The notes below the pieces were generated by a model. That model was not told the DNA's origin. It ran no database searches and saw only the letters and a list, made by a program, of their open reading frames with translations. Both the position numbers and the translations under genes were made by a program. DNA of 64,000 nt from Octopus vulgaris (taxonomy: Eukaryota), in the NCBI GenBank assembly GCA_951406725.2, contig OX597837.1, positions 40,052,001 to 40,116,000 of the forward strand, given 5' to 3'. Below, in pieces: positions 25,586-40,356 of this stretch (its first letter is position 1; each line of letters starts with the position of its first letter).

Positions 25586-26665
25586 TTCACCTCATACATA
25601 ATACACTTCCAAAGAACATTATTTTACAAATTCGAGTATTTACCAGCCCAGGACGCGAACATGCATCTCCAGCATTTCCCGGACATCATTTTCTCGTACC
25701 AGGTTCTTCTGTGTAACTTCACACAGTATTTTACGCAATATCAGAAAAAGAAGTCCCACGTATCAGAAAATATTTTTTCCCCCATCTTGAACACGTACTC
25801 TATAATTTCCGATTTTTCTCTATAGCACAGAGATCCTCTTCTAGTAAGGTCTGTTAAAATCGATTAAATCGATCAGTGCTAGAATAGTGATATATATATA
25901 TATATCTGATCGATGTTGGCGGAATGCTAGCCATACAATTAGTTGCTGTAAAAATCCTCTCTATCGTGTTACTTTGATTTATGTGTCAATTCTAACATCT
26001 TTACAATAAAATAAAATAATGCTATGCTTTCACCATAGAAAATACCTTGGATTTACAAAAGAACCAATACTTCAATGTTGTTGATTAGCACCAGGTCGGT
26101 TCTGAGAGATGAGCTTCTTTAGGTTTTGGTCGTTCTGCGCTGTTTAACACATTCGATGGCGAGCTTCCTCCAAAGGTTTCGGTCGGATAGCTCTCTTGCA
26201 CATCCATTCGATGTGATGTTTGTTTATCTTCAGGCCATCGTGTGTAATGTCCGCCGTCGATTGATCTTTGGTCTGATAGCGGAAATATAAAATCTAATTG
26301 ATTCTAGCCGGGACCTTCTAATCAGCTTGCAAATCAAGTGCGAATGAAAGAGATTTGACTGTCATTTCGAGCCAGTCGAGTGGCGATGTAGGGCAAGTTA
26401 TCTTGTTTCCATGGACAGAGAGAGGGGATGTTGGGGTTATCATGACCTTCTAAATTGTATTAATGATATAATAAAAGTGATTTCAAATGGCGGTTCCTAA
26501 CTACTTTCCCGCATACAGCAAGGAAATTAAGGATTTCATTTGTTTGTCTTTTTGTATATACATACATATAGACCCACATACCTCCGCTCTTTTCTCACCT
26601 TGTTTTACCTTTATGTGCTTACTCATGTGTGTATGTATGTATGTATGTACATATGTATATATCTA

Positions 26666-26797
<132 letters not shown>

Positions 26798-27596
26798 AAG
26801 GGTTAGGCAAAAGAATTTGCTTCACCACACACAGAACTTTAGAAATAGCAGCCAAAATAAAAAAAAACTAGCTGTTACTTTTACTGTAAGAAACAACTCT
26901 CAGATAATATATGCTCAAAAACGTATGACGTAGGCAGAGAAAGAAGACAACGAAATTCACTTCCATTCTGATCAGGGCGTATATAAGTCTTGAAAAAATT
27001 ACAAAAATCAATTCCAGGTGAGAATGCGATCGATAAAGCCGTGGGAGCGAGCATTTGTACGCGCAAGTACATCAGCTGTTGCGATTGAAACTACGCGCAT
27101 GCGAGAAAAAAGGCACGGGCAGTTTGCGCAAAAAAAGCCGGCTGACTTTAAATAATTCCACAAAATGCAGTACATTTAAGAAACAAAAAAAAAGTAAGAT
27201 GCAAAAGAGATATTTTCTTCAAACTTGGCTTGAAGGAAGGAAAGAGTATTTAGTTTCCCGAGAAGTGTTTTTTTTTGTGTTTTGCCTTAACTTCGTTTAA
27301 CAAAACCCAAAATTTTATTGAAATAAAGGTATGCTTAATTATTTTTTAATGAAAAGTAAACACTAATTACTTTTTATTCAGCAGATATGATTCAGCACCG
27401 GCCATTGTACGGGGGGGGCGCGTTTTATTCTTATATATATATATATATATATATAAGATAAGGGCGTATCTGGCATTAGAATTTTTCTTCTGCCCTTACC
27501 TTGTAAATTATGTATAAATTTTACCTTTAAAGGCATTTTTTGATATGCTGGCCATTGATAAAAATTGTTTCCAGAAAAAAAATTTGATACTATATC

Positions 27597-27657
<61 letters not shown>

Positions 27658-29573
27658 GAGTAACATATATGGAGAAAGGGAAGAGTATACTGGTATGTTG
27701 ATATCTTGCCAATAGGGTGTGTAGTTAAGCAGGATATGTGATATAAATTATCTTTGATAGGAAATAGTTGCAGATTCTCATTATAGAAATCGTTGAGATC
27801 TTACATCTTTATCTTCGTAACGCACTACAAGGAAATTAACTTTAAAGAATATACCCAGCTCTGCTTAAAGACTGGAATATAAATATAATTCCCTCCTAAC
27901 TGAAACACTGATTTAATCAATAGTAAAAACAGTTTAACACGCACCAAGACTGGATGGACGTAATGTGTCAGGGAAATTTCATGCTGAGCGTCACAGAACA
28001 AACGATCTCGTTTAGGCTGCCGTGTAAAATTTTCTCCAAAATGTGCTCCCGAAGATTTTCAGGATTTTAAACATATACACGTCGGCGCAAACGCTTATAC
28101 ACTCACCTGCAAACGGAGACTCTGTTAGTCACACCGTATATATAGTCACTAAATATTCTCTCTCACGCATACACAAACACAAGGCCCGTAACTCCTATAA
28201 ATGCACACACCTAGACACACTCATGTGTATCTATATATGTATGTATGTATGTATGTATTTACGTATGTATTTATGTATGTATGTATGTATGCATGCATAT
28301 ATGTATGTATGTATTTATGTATGTATGTATGAATGCATGTATGTATGTATGAAGGCATGCATGTATGTATGTATGTACGTATGTATGTATATGTATATGT
28401 ATGTATATATGTATCTACCTATCTTATCTATCTAACGATCTATCTATGTATCTATCTATCTATCTATCTATCTTATCAATCTATCTTATCTATCTTTCTA
28501 TCTGTCTCCCTATACACACACACATATATACACATACACACTATATACACACGTACGCTCATTTATACTTCCGCATACTCACACACGTTTTCACATACGT
28601 ATACACTCACATGCCAACGGGCGCTCTTGTATGTCCCTCTTGCCATTAAAACCATTATTACCAATCACACTTCCGGTTAGTCGAACACATGAATCTAACT
28701 CACATCCGTTTTCTTTGGCTATATTCACTTTTCCCTTATCTCCTCTCCTCTCTTCACAATCTTCAACAATCCCAAATACATAACCGCCATCTTATTTGGA
28801 TAATTTAACAACTAATGGAAAGATCTGATATAGACACGGAATAATAAAAATAATAACAGTCCATGCTGAGAATAAATTAGATAAGAAATAAATAGTTTTA
28901 GCTAGAAAATAATACCTACTGAGATTTGATGAATATTAAAAACCACAGTATGGGATCCACCTTAAGAGCTTCTTGGCTATGTTATCCGCAGTAAAAACGT
29001 AAATAAAACCAATAATTTCTTGCTATTTCTAATAAATATCACAGATACGTCACGTTCTGCTAATTGTACAGAAATAATAATTTCCACCTGGTGTTATGTA
29101 TCACTGAAATCACAATATTTTCTTGTTTTGTTTGTATTTTTAATATCAAGAAATGAAAATAAAAATTTTTTAAAAATTTATTTTGTTTCTAAGGTTTTGT
29201 AGGAACAGAAAATATATTTTCATTTCCGTTTAGAAAAATAAAATCGATAATAATAATTTTCTCAGACCTATTAACCTTGTAGGAATTAAAATTGCGATGT
29301 CAATAGATAAATAAATAGTTGTTCTGTATGTATGTATGCATGCATGTATGTATGTATGTATGTATGTATGTATGTATGTATGCATTATGTATGTGTGTGT
29401 ATCTATACCTTAATTTATCTATTTATCACCTGTTTATATATATATGCATATATATATTTATACATGTATATGCATTTATATGTATGTATATGTATATATA
29501 TATATATATGCATATATATATATGCATATATATATATGTATATATATATGTGTGTATATATATATATGTATGA

Positions 29574-29618
<45 letters not shown>

Positions 29619-29619
29619 A

Positions 29620-29711
<92 letters not shown>

Positions 29712-30204
29712 TGTGTATGTGTGTATACATAACAAAATAAAGCAATCGTTATTTTCCACCACGTTGGATGGGAAAAAAAAGAAAGATCTTGAATTTAACT
29801 GCTTAGAATATTAACGAATATTTTTCATACAGAACTTTTTTGATCAGTGCAACAAACGGCGTCAGATTATCACATTTAAATAGGAATATTTTTTATCCTT
29901 AGCGACAAAAGAATATGTCTTAACACGATATTTCATTTTAGAATAGACTCAACATTTTAGATATTTTATCTCAGCTACACTACCTAGCTTTTACTATGTC
30001 TGTTTGCCAACTCCTATGTACCGGCTTCTACACTTTACTGAATATATATATATATTTTTTATTCTCCCTTTTCAAGCCTCACCAGGCTCATGGGCCCAGT
30101 TTCCCGGTTTCTGTGGCGTATGTGTTCCCCCCTAGCTGGACGGGACGCCAGTCCATCGCAGCGTTACTCAAGAAACGGGAAGAAACACACAGACACACAC
30201 ACAC

Positions 30205-30246
<42 letters not shown>

Positions 30247-30452
30247 ACACACACACACACACAGGCACACGCACTCACACACACACGTATAAAATATAAG
30301 TGAGTAACAAAGAGGTACAGGTGTCATGTGGACGGCTGTTATGTACTGAGTCTGATATTCACGTAATATTGTTGAGTATCCATGTTACTCAGACCTAACA
30401 AGGTGCCTCAATTTAAGTACTTAATTCAACCAAATCTTAATTGTATTATATA

Positions 30453-30842
30453 CTAGCAGTATCGCCCGGCGTTGCTCGGGTTTGTAAGGGAAATAACTAT
30501 AAAGCACTTTTAGAGAGTTATAGCCAAAAAATAGCAAAAAAATGCATTAAAAATGGAAAAAATATGATGGTAAATTTTGTTTTAAATCGCTGACTCATCG
30601 TAGACATTTTTAGAGAGTTACTTCCCTTTAAAAAAATATGCATTAAAATGGAAAAAAATGATGGTAAATTATTTTAAAAATCGTAGATTCATCGTAGACG
30701 CGCGATAATACCCACAAGGGCTCGATATGAATCACGACTATAAGATACCCGGTTTTGGTTAAACTGCACCGCAAAATGTGGGAGTAGTTAGGAATCTAAA
30801 TCGGAGTAGACAGACACACAACCTTACTTTTATATATAAAGA
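30453..30842 (-). mobile_element. non-autonomous Helitron, second internal type
   Basis: Same 3' terminus (cccgagcaacgccgggcgatactgCTAG) and 5' TC as the 3698 element, with a largely different interior; A/T target. Confidence 0.85.
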
Positions 30843-31336
30843 TATGTACGTATATGTGTATGTGTGTGTAAGAAAACGAAAACGGAGAAATTGACCTCTA
30901 GTCATCACTTTATTAAAAGCAATCCAATTTCAAACAATATCAAACTTATATAACCTACAAATTGTTTTCATGTCTGTCCAAGTAATTCAAATAAGAAAAA
31001 TTAAATTAAAGATTCGTATTGAATATATTTAATTGAACATTTCGTCAGGATCAGAACTTGACAGTAAAAGGAACTTCGTTTGGAATTCAATTTGTTTTAA
31101 TAAATTGATGTCTGTTGGCCAATTTCTTAGTTTTCTATTTCTTATACAAAAATAATATACGCTAACATCTTTTAATATTTCATTGATACACAGGATAAAA
31201 TCGGGGAACCTGGATGCTGACATCCCTTTAAGAGGTGCTTATATTCTTGAAATATATAGACATACATGATAGACGCCATGATACATCATTAGCCAATACA
31301 TACATCTTTTTCTCTCCTTGTCTTTTTTCTGTGTCG

Positions 31337-31372
31337 CTTTCTGTAGAAGAGCGTAGGTTCGAAACATAAAAG
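31337..31372 (+). ncRNA. variant minimal hammerhead-like motif (CUGUAGA core) in a Penelope-like end
   Basis: CUUU-CUGUAGA-a-gagc guag guuc-GAAA-CA-UA-AAAG; the core deviates from CUGANGA. Confidence 0.4.
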
Positions 31373-31493
31373 ACTTTTTCTATTCCTGAGCGTTATACTA
31401 ATGCATCTGTTTGTTTTGTACACCACCTGTCTTCGTCTTTTGTTTTTTTCGTAAACTCTCCCTATACATACATACATATATATATACATACAT

Positions 31494-31576
<83 letters not shown>

Positions 31577-31578
<2 letters not shown>

Positions 31579-31823
31579 GAGGCAAGGGGCTTAGTGGTTA
31601 GGGTGTCTGCGCCATGATCGTAAGATTGTGGTTTCGGTTCCTGGACCGGCCGACGCGTTGTGTTCTTGAGCAAAACACTTCATTTCACGTTGCTCCAGTT
31701 CACCCAGCTGGCAAAAAGGAGTAACGCTGCGATGGACTGGCGTCCCGTCCAGCTGGGGAACACATACGCATTAGAAATCGGGAAACCGGGCCCATGAGCC
31801 AGGCAAGGCTTTAAAAGGGCGCA
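31577..31823 (+). mobile_element. SINE family C (CORE-like body, T3-like tail)
   Basis: tRNA-like head; ttcttgagcaaaacacttcatttcac; gcgatggactggcgtcccgtccag; related copies at 52464-52686 (+) and 30063-30168 (-). Confidence 0.9.
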
Positions 31824-32224
31824 TTTATCATTTTATAAACTTGTCACCAGCTCATATGTACTTGTGCTGTATTCGAACACATAAGAAAGGAATTCACTGT
31901 TATCTGTTCGGGAAAATTTATGTATACCGCCATGCAAGATCTCGCGACGAAACGGAAGATTTCTAAGTATTTTTTAGTACCTTTGCTATTTTGTAGTAGT
32001 TATCGGTTTGTATCTGTTCTCATCCTTTGTATGAACAAACATTTATTGTAGATACAGCAGATTTAGATTGATAACTGGGGAGCTCCGTTCGTAGTTTCTT
32101 GAATTTCCTGTCTTAGGACTTCAATTCGTCTCCGATGAAGAGCTAGCTCAGAACTGAAATAACTCCTCTATTTATACCCAGCATCTTACTTCCGAGGGTA
32201 AATTTAGTTTTGAATATATTGAAT

Positions 32225-33026
32225 AAGGTGGCGAGCTGGCAGAAACGTTGGCACGCCGGGCGAAATGCGAAGCCGTATTTCGTCTGCCGTTACATTCTGA
32301 GTTCAAATTCTGTCGAGGTCGACTTTGCCTTTCATCCTTTCGGGGTCGATAAATTAAGTACCAGTTACGCACTGGGGTCGATGTAATCGATTTAATCCGT
32401 TTGTCTGTCCTTGTTTGTCCCCTCCGTGTTTAGCCCCTTGTGGATAGTAAAGAAATAGGTATTTCATCTGTCTTTACGTTCTGAGTTGAAATTCCGCCGA
32501 GGTCGACTTCGTCTTTTATCCTTTCGGGGTCGATAAATTAAGTACCAGTTACGGACTGGGGTCGATGTTATCGACTTAATCCGTTTGTCTGTCTTTGTTT
32601 GTCCCCTCTATGTTTAGTCCCTTGTGGGTAGTAAATGAATAGGTATTTTGCTTGCCATTACGTTCTGAGTTCAAATTCTGCCGAGGTCGACTTTGCCTTT
32701 CATCCTTTCAGGATCGATTAAATAAGTACCAGTTACGCACTGGAGTCGATATAATCGACAATCCGTTTGTCTGTCCTTGTTTGTCCCCTCTATGTTTAGC
32801 CCCTTGTGGGTAGTAAAGAAATAGCTATTTCGTCTGTCGTTACGTTCTGAGTTCAAATTCTGCCGAGGTCGACTTTGCCTTTCATCCTTTCGGGGTCGAT
32901 TAAATAAGTACCAGGTACGCACTGGAGTCGATATAATCGACTCAATCCGGTTGTCTGTTCTTGTTTGTCCTCTCTGTTTAGCCCCTTTTGTGTAGTAAAG
33001 AAATAGCTATTTCGTCTGCTGCTACG
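32225..33026 (+). mobile_element. SINE-D chain: one head, 4 beta units of about 183 bp, and a partial unit
   Basis: Units restart at 32458, 32642, 32824 and 33006, each directly after the tail end gtaaagaaata (gtaaatgaata once). Confidence 0.93.
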
Positions 33027-33403
33027 GATGAAAGAGATTAAAAATATAAAATAGCGATAATTTACCCATCGCAACCTGAATATGTGTGTGTGTGTGTGTG
33101 TGTGCGTGCACGCGCGCAGCTGCGAGTGTGTGCGTTTGAGAGAGTGTGTGTGTGTGTGTTTGTCTCCGTGTGAGTGTTTGTTTATGAATAGGTATCTGTG
33201 TATGAGTGTACGCGTGTCCTTGTCACCATCACGTGACAACAGGCGTTGACCATTTTACGTCTCCGTAATTTAGTGTTTTGGCAAATCGATAAATAAGTAC
33301 GATAATCAAGGAACACGTACTACGATCGATTTCATCGATTAAAATCTCAAGACAGCATGGTCGCAGGTCAATACTCCAGTATGACCGAAGCAAGCAAAGG
33401 AGT

Positions 33404-33471
<68 letters not shown>

Positions 33472-33591
33472 TATATGTATATATACATTTATACATATAC
33501 ATATATATTTTTATACATACACATACATATATATATATATATGTACATACACATACATACATACATATATATATATATATACATATACACA

Positions 33592-33646
<55 letters not shown>

Positions 33647-34027
33647 ATATGTATGCATGTAGCTACATTTACGCACACACATATATATAGCTATACCTAT
33701 ATTTAGATACACACACACACACACAAATATATGTCTGCGTGTGTACATATAAATTTGTAAATGTGTAGAAACATATTTACATATATACATGTATATATAT
33801 TATATATATCTTTTAATATATGTATATATACGTACGTATGTTTGTATCTATCTATCCATCTAGCTATCTATCCATCTATCCATATATCTATCTATCTATC
33901 TATCTATCTACCCATCCATCCATCCATCTATGTATGTATGTATGTATGCATCCGCCTGTCTCTCTATCTATCTATCTATCTATCTCTCAATTCATCTATC
34001 TATATATCCAACCTTCTAGTTATCTAT

Positions 34028-34152
<125 letters not shown>

Positions 34153-34577
34153 AATCAATCTACCTACCTGTTTATCTATTTATAGTTATGTGACTTTGTG
34201 GTCGATGAAGAAAACATTATTAACACTATTATTGTTGTTATTATTATCACTGATTGTTATCATTATTGTAGTTGTTATTTTAATCATTATCATTATTAAT
34301 TTTGTTTTTGTATTATTACTATGTTGTTGTTGCTCGTGTTGTTGTAGGAAGTCGCTATTGTTCGTAATATATGCTGAAGCAACATCACAGAAATTCTATC
34401 GACGCCCCCAAAAGTCAATAACTACACTGAAAGGGAAATATCTTCTTTCATCAGATGATTTATGACAATAACATTGATTTATTTAATACGACACTAACGA
34501 AATTAAAAGAGTGATTACACATACACATCTACATATCTACATACGCAAACAAATAAATATGTCTACGAGTGTGTGAG

Positions 34578-35350
34578 TGTGTGTAGGTATATGCAGGTGT
34601 GTATGTGTAAGCTATCTCATAACGATGGGGCTGTTGGGTACGGTTACGTACTGTACATTCTCTTCAATAGAAGTTCTTCTTTTAATCCTAATTGTTCGCT
34701 TATATAATGTTTCCCATCATTAGCAGACACTCTACGCCAGCAGTCGGTAATACAATACCGGCATGTCCCGGAACTTCGTCGATGGGTAATTGTGCTACCT
34801 ACGGTGGAAGTGAGTACCCCACCCCTAAAGGAGAATTACTTGTCTTCTTCTACAAGAGCCCAATTGAGATTTTAATAACTTTCCTTGATGAGGATTCATT
34901 AAGTGAAGTTTGTGTGTGTGTGTCTGTGTGTGTGTGTAGGTATATGTACGTGTGTATGTATAAGCTATCTCATAACGATGGGGCTGTTGGGTACCGTTAC
35001 GTACTGTACACTCTCTTCAATAGAAGTTCTTCTTTTAATCCTAGTTGTTCGCTTTTATAATGTTTCCCATCATTAGCAGACACTCTACGCCGGCAGTCGG
35101 TAACACAATACCGGCATGTCCCGGAACCTCGTCGGTGGGAAATTGTGCCACCGACGGTGGAAGTGACTACCCCGCCCCTGAAGGAGAAGAATTACTTGTT
35201 TTCTTCTATAGGGGCGGGGAGGTGGAGAAGCACCAAGAGGGAGTTGTTCTGGCCAGCGCATGGGGCAGACGATAGAATGAAACCAATGAAAGATAAAGAA
35301 CACGGCAAGAGTCCAATTGAGATTTTAAAATCTTTCCTTGATGAGGAAGT
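34578..35350 (+). repeat. tandem duplication (about 353-bp period) of a piggyBac 5' region
   Basis: aagctatctcataacgatggggctgttgggtac..aagagYccaattgagatttt occurs twice; the first copy lacks an internal block. Confidence 0.9.
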
Positions 35351-35600
35351 GAAATTTGCAGAGAATCTGTTACAAATTCCACATAGAAAAATGTACATGA
35401 CTTTAGTCTGTCAACTAACTGAGAAATTTCATTGGAATCCTACTTTTTTCAGGATAGCACAGACTACCAAATGAACATCATTATTGGAGTGTGTCTGAAC
35501 ACCTTGGAACTCTGATTATTCGAAAAGTAATGCCAAGAAACAGATTTATAATCATCAAGTGGTTTCTTCATTTAGTTGACAATGAAAATGCAGAACATTA
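35230..35600 (+). pseudogene. piggyBac (PGBD-like) transposase N-terminal fragment
   Basis: GKSPIEILKSFLDEE..FIGILLFSG*HRLPNEHHYWSVSEHLGTLIIRKVMPRNRFIIIKWFLHLVDN. Confidence 0.88.
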
Positions 35601-35603
35601 CAA

Positions 35604-35929
35604 CTTATTCTTTGGAAGCCTAGTACTTATTCTATCGGTCTCTTTTGCCGAACCGCTAAGTTATGGGGATGTAAATATACCAACATCGGTTGTCAAGCGA
35701 TGTTGGAGGGACAAACACAGACACACAAACATACACACACACACACACACACATATACATATACATATATATACGACGGGCCTTTTTTTCAGTTACCATC
35801 TACCAAATCCACTCACAAGGCTTTGGTCGGTCCAAGGCTATAGAAGAAGACACTTTCCCAAGGTGCTACGCAGTGGGACTGAACCCAGAAGCATGTGGTT
35901 TGTAAGCAAGCTACTTATCACACAGCCAC
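35604..35929 (-). mobile_element. SINE family A truncating the piggyBac relic
   Basis: Colinear with other A copies. Confidence 0.88.
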
Positions 35930-37086
35930 TTGGGAAAAATAGAAGTTGAAAATGCACTGAGAATAGGTAAAATAGTTTTTATTAATATAAAAGTTTAACC
36001 GGTTTCACAATTAACACTGATTTTCAAAAAGATGAAATAGAAAGACGTGGCTTATATCACAGCTGTCTTGCTTCTGACTAGCGTTTGAAGTTTGCTCTGT
36101 TTTTATGGGGAATTCATGGCTCAAATTAGTATCTGTTTTGAATAAAATTTGATTGGTAGATGATAGTCACATTACTGGTCTTAGAAAATTTGTGTAGGTT
36201 CCCCGCTACGTCCGTGTGATAGTATCAAGAGACAATGTTTGGCGTCGTCAGTTAAGGCTGACACGGTTGACTGAAAAAGTCCAAACACTCAATGCTCTGA
36301 ATGTTCAAGTGATTGTAGAGAATGAACACATGGTTACGTTTATAACCCCATAGACAGATTAAATTCGGAATGCCTAGATTGTAGCTGCACAGATTCATTC
36401 AACCGTGTCGTCCTTCTTTTCAGGCGCAAAATATACTGTGACGTGAGACTAACGCACGGACATGGCAGGAGGCGTGCAAGGGATTATAAACTTAATCATG
36501 TGTTCATAATCTACAAACATTCTGAGTATTGACTATTTGGACTTGCTTAATGGTTATTTGATTACATCCCCGTAACTTAGCGGCTACGCACAAAAGATCG
36601 ATACAATAAGAACTAGGCTTAAAAGCAAAGATCAAAACTTTAGTACTGGGGTCGATCGGTGTCCATTAAAAACTCGAAACCAAATGGCTGCAGTTACGAA
36701 GCGAGCTTCTTAATCACATAAACACAACAACGTTCTCGACTACCAGAATATAAATTGAGACATTTTCGAAAATAATTTTATAGTGATAACCCTTAGAGAG
36801 AAAACTCAGGCAAAATAACGAGATTTTGAAGTGGCTGGCTAGTATATAATTTCATTGTTGTCAGTATTACGCATCTTCACATAGTCGCATGACATCTATC
36901 ACTATATCTGTCTGTCTGTCTGTGTGTGTATGTATGTATGTATTTGTCTATCTATATATACATACATGCATAAACGCACACACATATATATAATATATTT
37001 ATTTGTATACATACATACGTAGATGTGTAAGTATATATATATATGTAAATATGTGCATATATATATACATTCACACAGTCACACGC

Positions 37087-37122
<36 letters not shown>

Positions 37123-37208
37123 ATATATATATATACGAATACGTATTAATATCAGTTCATCAGAATATAGCGCAATCATTTGGAGAGTATAGTCGGAAAT
37201 AAAAATAG

Positions 37209-37276
<68 letters not shown>

Positions 37277-37299
37277 ATATATGTATATATGTATATGTA

Positions 37300-37341
<42 letters not shown>

Positions 37342-37344
37342 AAT

Positions 37345-37378
<34 letters not shown>

Positions 37379-37413
37379 TTTTATATATATGTATGTATAT
37401 ATATGTATATATG

Positions 37414-37446
<33 letters not shown>

Positions 37447-37456
37447 ATACATAAAT

Positions 37457-37519
<63 letters not shown>

Positions 37520-37954
37520 TATAAAGTAAGATTTAAGTGAATTAAATATCTCTAATTAAGAATTTATATTTATCTTTGCTGGGAAAATCGTTGTCTCATT
37601 GTGTTTCCCTGCAGAGAACATTAAAATTTCCGCAGATCTCCAAATACTCTGGATATCAATAAACATTCTGCTGAACGATATTGAATTGGGATTTGTATAG
37701 ATTAACATCTCACAAATTCCTGCTCGTGTCAACATCAACAAATTTTATATGACGAAATATATATACATATATATATATACCGAAATATCTATCTGTATAT
37801 TTATATTTGTCTGTTCTTGTGATGTCCATACTATGATCCGCCCTTCGTGGTGAATAAGGAAAACGTTCGTATTGGACTTCGAAATTCCAGGTACAGTTTA
37901 CAGTTCGAGTTAGTGTGTTGCAAATATGGATTCTTGGTTTGTTACGTGATTGCT

Positions 37955-38364
37955 ACTGCTGCTGCTGCTGCTGCTGTTGCTGTTGCTGTTGCTGTTGAGC
38001 GAGCGGTCTTCGTCCCAGAGCCTCGCAAGATTGGAGAATTCCGAAACGTGGTCCTTTGCTATTCGTAAGACCCGCAGAAGAGAAAGCAGGTCAACTCCCG
38101 ACACCGAGAGCATCGACGGATGGATGGATGCGCATCCAGGCTCAGCGGTTGCGTAGAAAGTCAGGGACGAGAAACAGGAAGAAAGAGTGAGAGACAGTTG
38201 GGGCGAAAGAGTACAACAGGGGTCGCCACCGACCCCCTGCTGGGGCCTCGTGGAGCTGTAGGTGTTTTCGCTCAATAAACACACACAACGCCCGGTCTGG
38301 GAATCGAAACCGCGATCCGCCGAACGCGAGTACGCTGCCCTAACCATTAGGCCATTGCACCTCT
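37955..38364 (-). mobile_element. SINE family B with tail T4, ending in (CAACAG)/(CAG)n
   Basis: B head and body followed by a distinct tail ..cgtccctgactttctacgcaaccgctgagcc..gaagaccgctcgctc. Confidence 0.88.
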
Positions 38365-38427
38365 ACTGTTACAGCTGCTCTTTCTATTTTGTATTGTTAT
38401 AACACTGTTGCAGTGTATTCTTTATCG

Positions 38428-39200
38428 TGGAGGCGCAATGGCCCAGTGGTTAGGGCAGCGGAATCGAGTTCATAGGATCGCTGTTTCGATTCCCAGACCG
38501 GGCGCTGTGAGTGTTTATTGAGCGAAAATACTTAAAGCTTCACGTGGCCCCTGGCAGGGGGTAGTGGCGAACCCTGATGTACTCTTTCACCACAACTTTC
38601 TCCCACTCTTTCTTCCTGTTTCTGTTGTACCTGTACTTCAAAGGGCCGGCCTTGTCACTCTCTTGTGTCATGCTGAATCTCCCTGAGAACTACGTTAAGG
38701 GTACATGCGTCTGTGGAGTGCTCAGCCACTTGCAGGTTAATTTCATGAGCAGGCTGTTCCGTTGATCGGATCATAGAAGCACTCCATCGGTTACGACGAC
38801 GAGGGTTCCGGTTGATCCGATCAACGGAGCAGCCTGCTCGTGAAATTAACGTGTAAGTGGCTGAGCATTCCACAGCCACATGTACCCTTAACGTAGTTCT
38901 CGGGGATATTCAGCGTGACACAGAGAGTGACAAGGCCGGCCCTTTGAAATACAGGTACAACAGAAACAGGAAGTAAGAGTGAGAGAAAGTTGTGGTGAAA
39001 GAGTACAGCAGGGATCACCGCCATCCCTGCCGGAGCTTCGTGGAGCTTTGTGTTTTCGCTCAATAAACACTCACAACGCCCGGTCTGGGAATCGAAACCG
39101 CGATCCTACGACCGCGAGTCCGCCGCCCTAACCACTGCGCCATTTCGCCTCCACTGATTGGATCAACGGGAACCCACGTCGTCGTAACCGACGGAGTCCC
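38428..39200. mobile_element. SINE-B(T2) plus-strand copy with an inverted SINE-B(T2) (38774-39154) nested in its tail
   Basis: TSD tgatcggatca (38763-38773) and tgattggatca (39155-39165); the host tail resumes after 39165. Confidence 0.92.
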
Positions 39201-39555
39201 TTAGTACTTCTTTATCTATCGTCGACAATACCAACCGTTCTACAATTTTCAACGTGAAATGTATCACTGCTGTTTACCGAAAAATGTGAATTATAGACGA
39301 CAGTAAATCTTCCCAAAATATATTTTATTTCAGGTTTTATTAATAAAAATTAATGTACATTAATTATTATAGAAATATTAATTTATAAACCAGGCTTCCT
39401 GCATTATTAATTATTCATTCAGCTTAGAATAGCTGCGAATTCATCATCATCATCATCTTCATCATATATATACATATGCATTAAGGGAAAAGTTTTTAGT
39501 CGGCGTGATTAATTTTGTTTTTACCACCATCCACGATATTACGACTGAATGTACT

Positions 39556-39598
<43 letters not shown>

Positions 39599-39818
39599 TT
39601 AAAATTACTAAGTCTCTCTAAAAGAGATTACGGCAGCGTTACTGGAAATTAATTGTTATCGCCATATTAATATGGCAGTCTTATAGATATAAGACTAAAG
39701 CTGTCGCTGATTAGCTCCATGAGGCCATCGCCTTAAGCTAGCTATTTGACACACAAACTGTGTCCATTATAACCTTCGAACAAGGGAGGTCAGCTGCTTC
39801 ACACTGCCAGTCAGACAG

Positions 39819-39859
39819 CTACAGACGCGTTTCAGGGTATTTGCCCTTTGTCAATGTAG
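39819..39859 (-). ncRNA. minimal Penelope-type hammerhead with decayed core
   Basis: Minus strand reads CUACA-UUGACAA-AGGG caaaua CCCU-GAAA-CGCG-UC-UGUAG; two transitions away from CUGACGA. Confidence 0.65.
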
Positions 39860-40254
39860 GCGCAGGAGTGGCTGTGTGGTAAGTAGCTTGTTTACCAACC
39901 ACATGGTTTCGGGTTCGGTTCCACTGCGTGGCACCTTGGGCAAATGTCTTCTACTATGGCCTCGGGCCGACCAAAGCCTTGTGAGTAGATTTGGTAGACG
40001 GAAACTGAAAGAAGCCCGTCGTATATATGTATATATATGCGTGTGTGTGTTTGTGTGTCTGTGTTTGTCCCCCTAGCATTGCTTGACAACCGATGCTTGT
40101 GTGTTTATGTACCCGTAACTTAGCGGTTCGGCAAAAGCGACCGATAGAATAAGTACTGGGCTTACAAAAGAATAAGTCTCGGGGTCGAGTTGCTCGACTA
40201 AAGGCGGTGCTCCAGCATGGCCGCAGTCAAATGACTGAAACAAGTAAAAGAGTA
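39858..40254 (+). mobile_element. SINE family A, full length
   Basis: tRNA-like head (tggctgtgtgg and ggttcgg), CORE-like accttgggcaa.tgtctt, internal microsatellite, LINE-like 3' stem-loop. Confidence 0.95.
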
Positions 40255-40275
40255 TATATGTGTGTGTGTGTGTGA

Positions 40276-40356
<81 letters not shown>

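Noticed and set aside
26110-26280. Possible RTE 3' end on the minus strand (SDRNLWRKL..C)
   Set aside because: Only one short motif, which is not enough to call
32128-32165. Hammerhead-like ccgatgaagagctagctcagaac
   Set aside because: Both core halves are mutated and no stem I or stem III could be identified
32225-33026. CRISPR-like regularly spaced repeats (also 61189-62061)
   Set aside because: Whole ~184-bp units repeat with no unique spacers, there are no cas genes, and the context is eukaryotic
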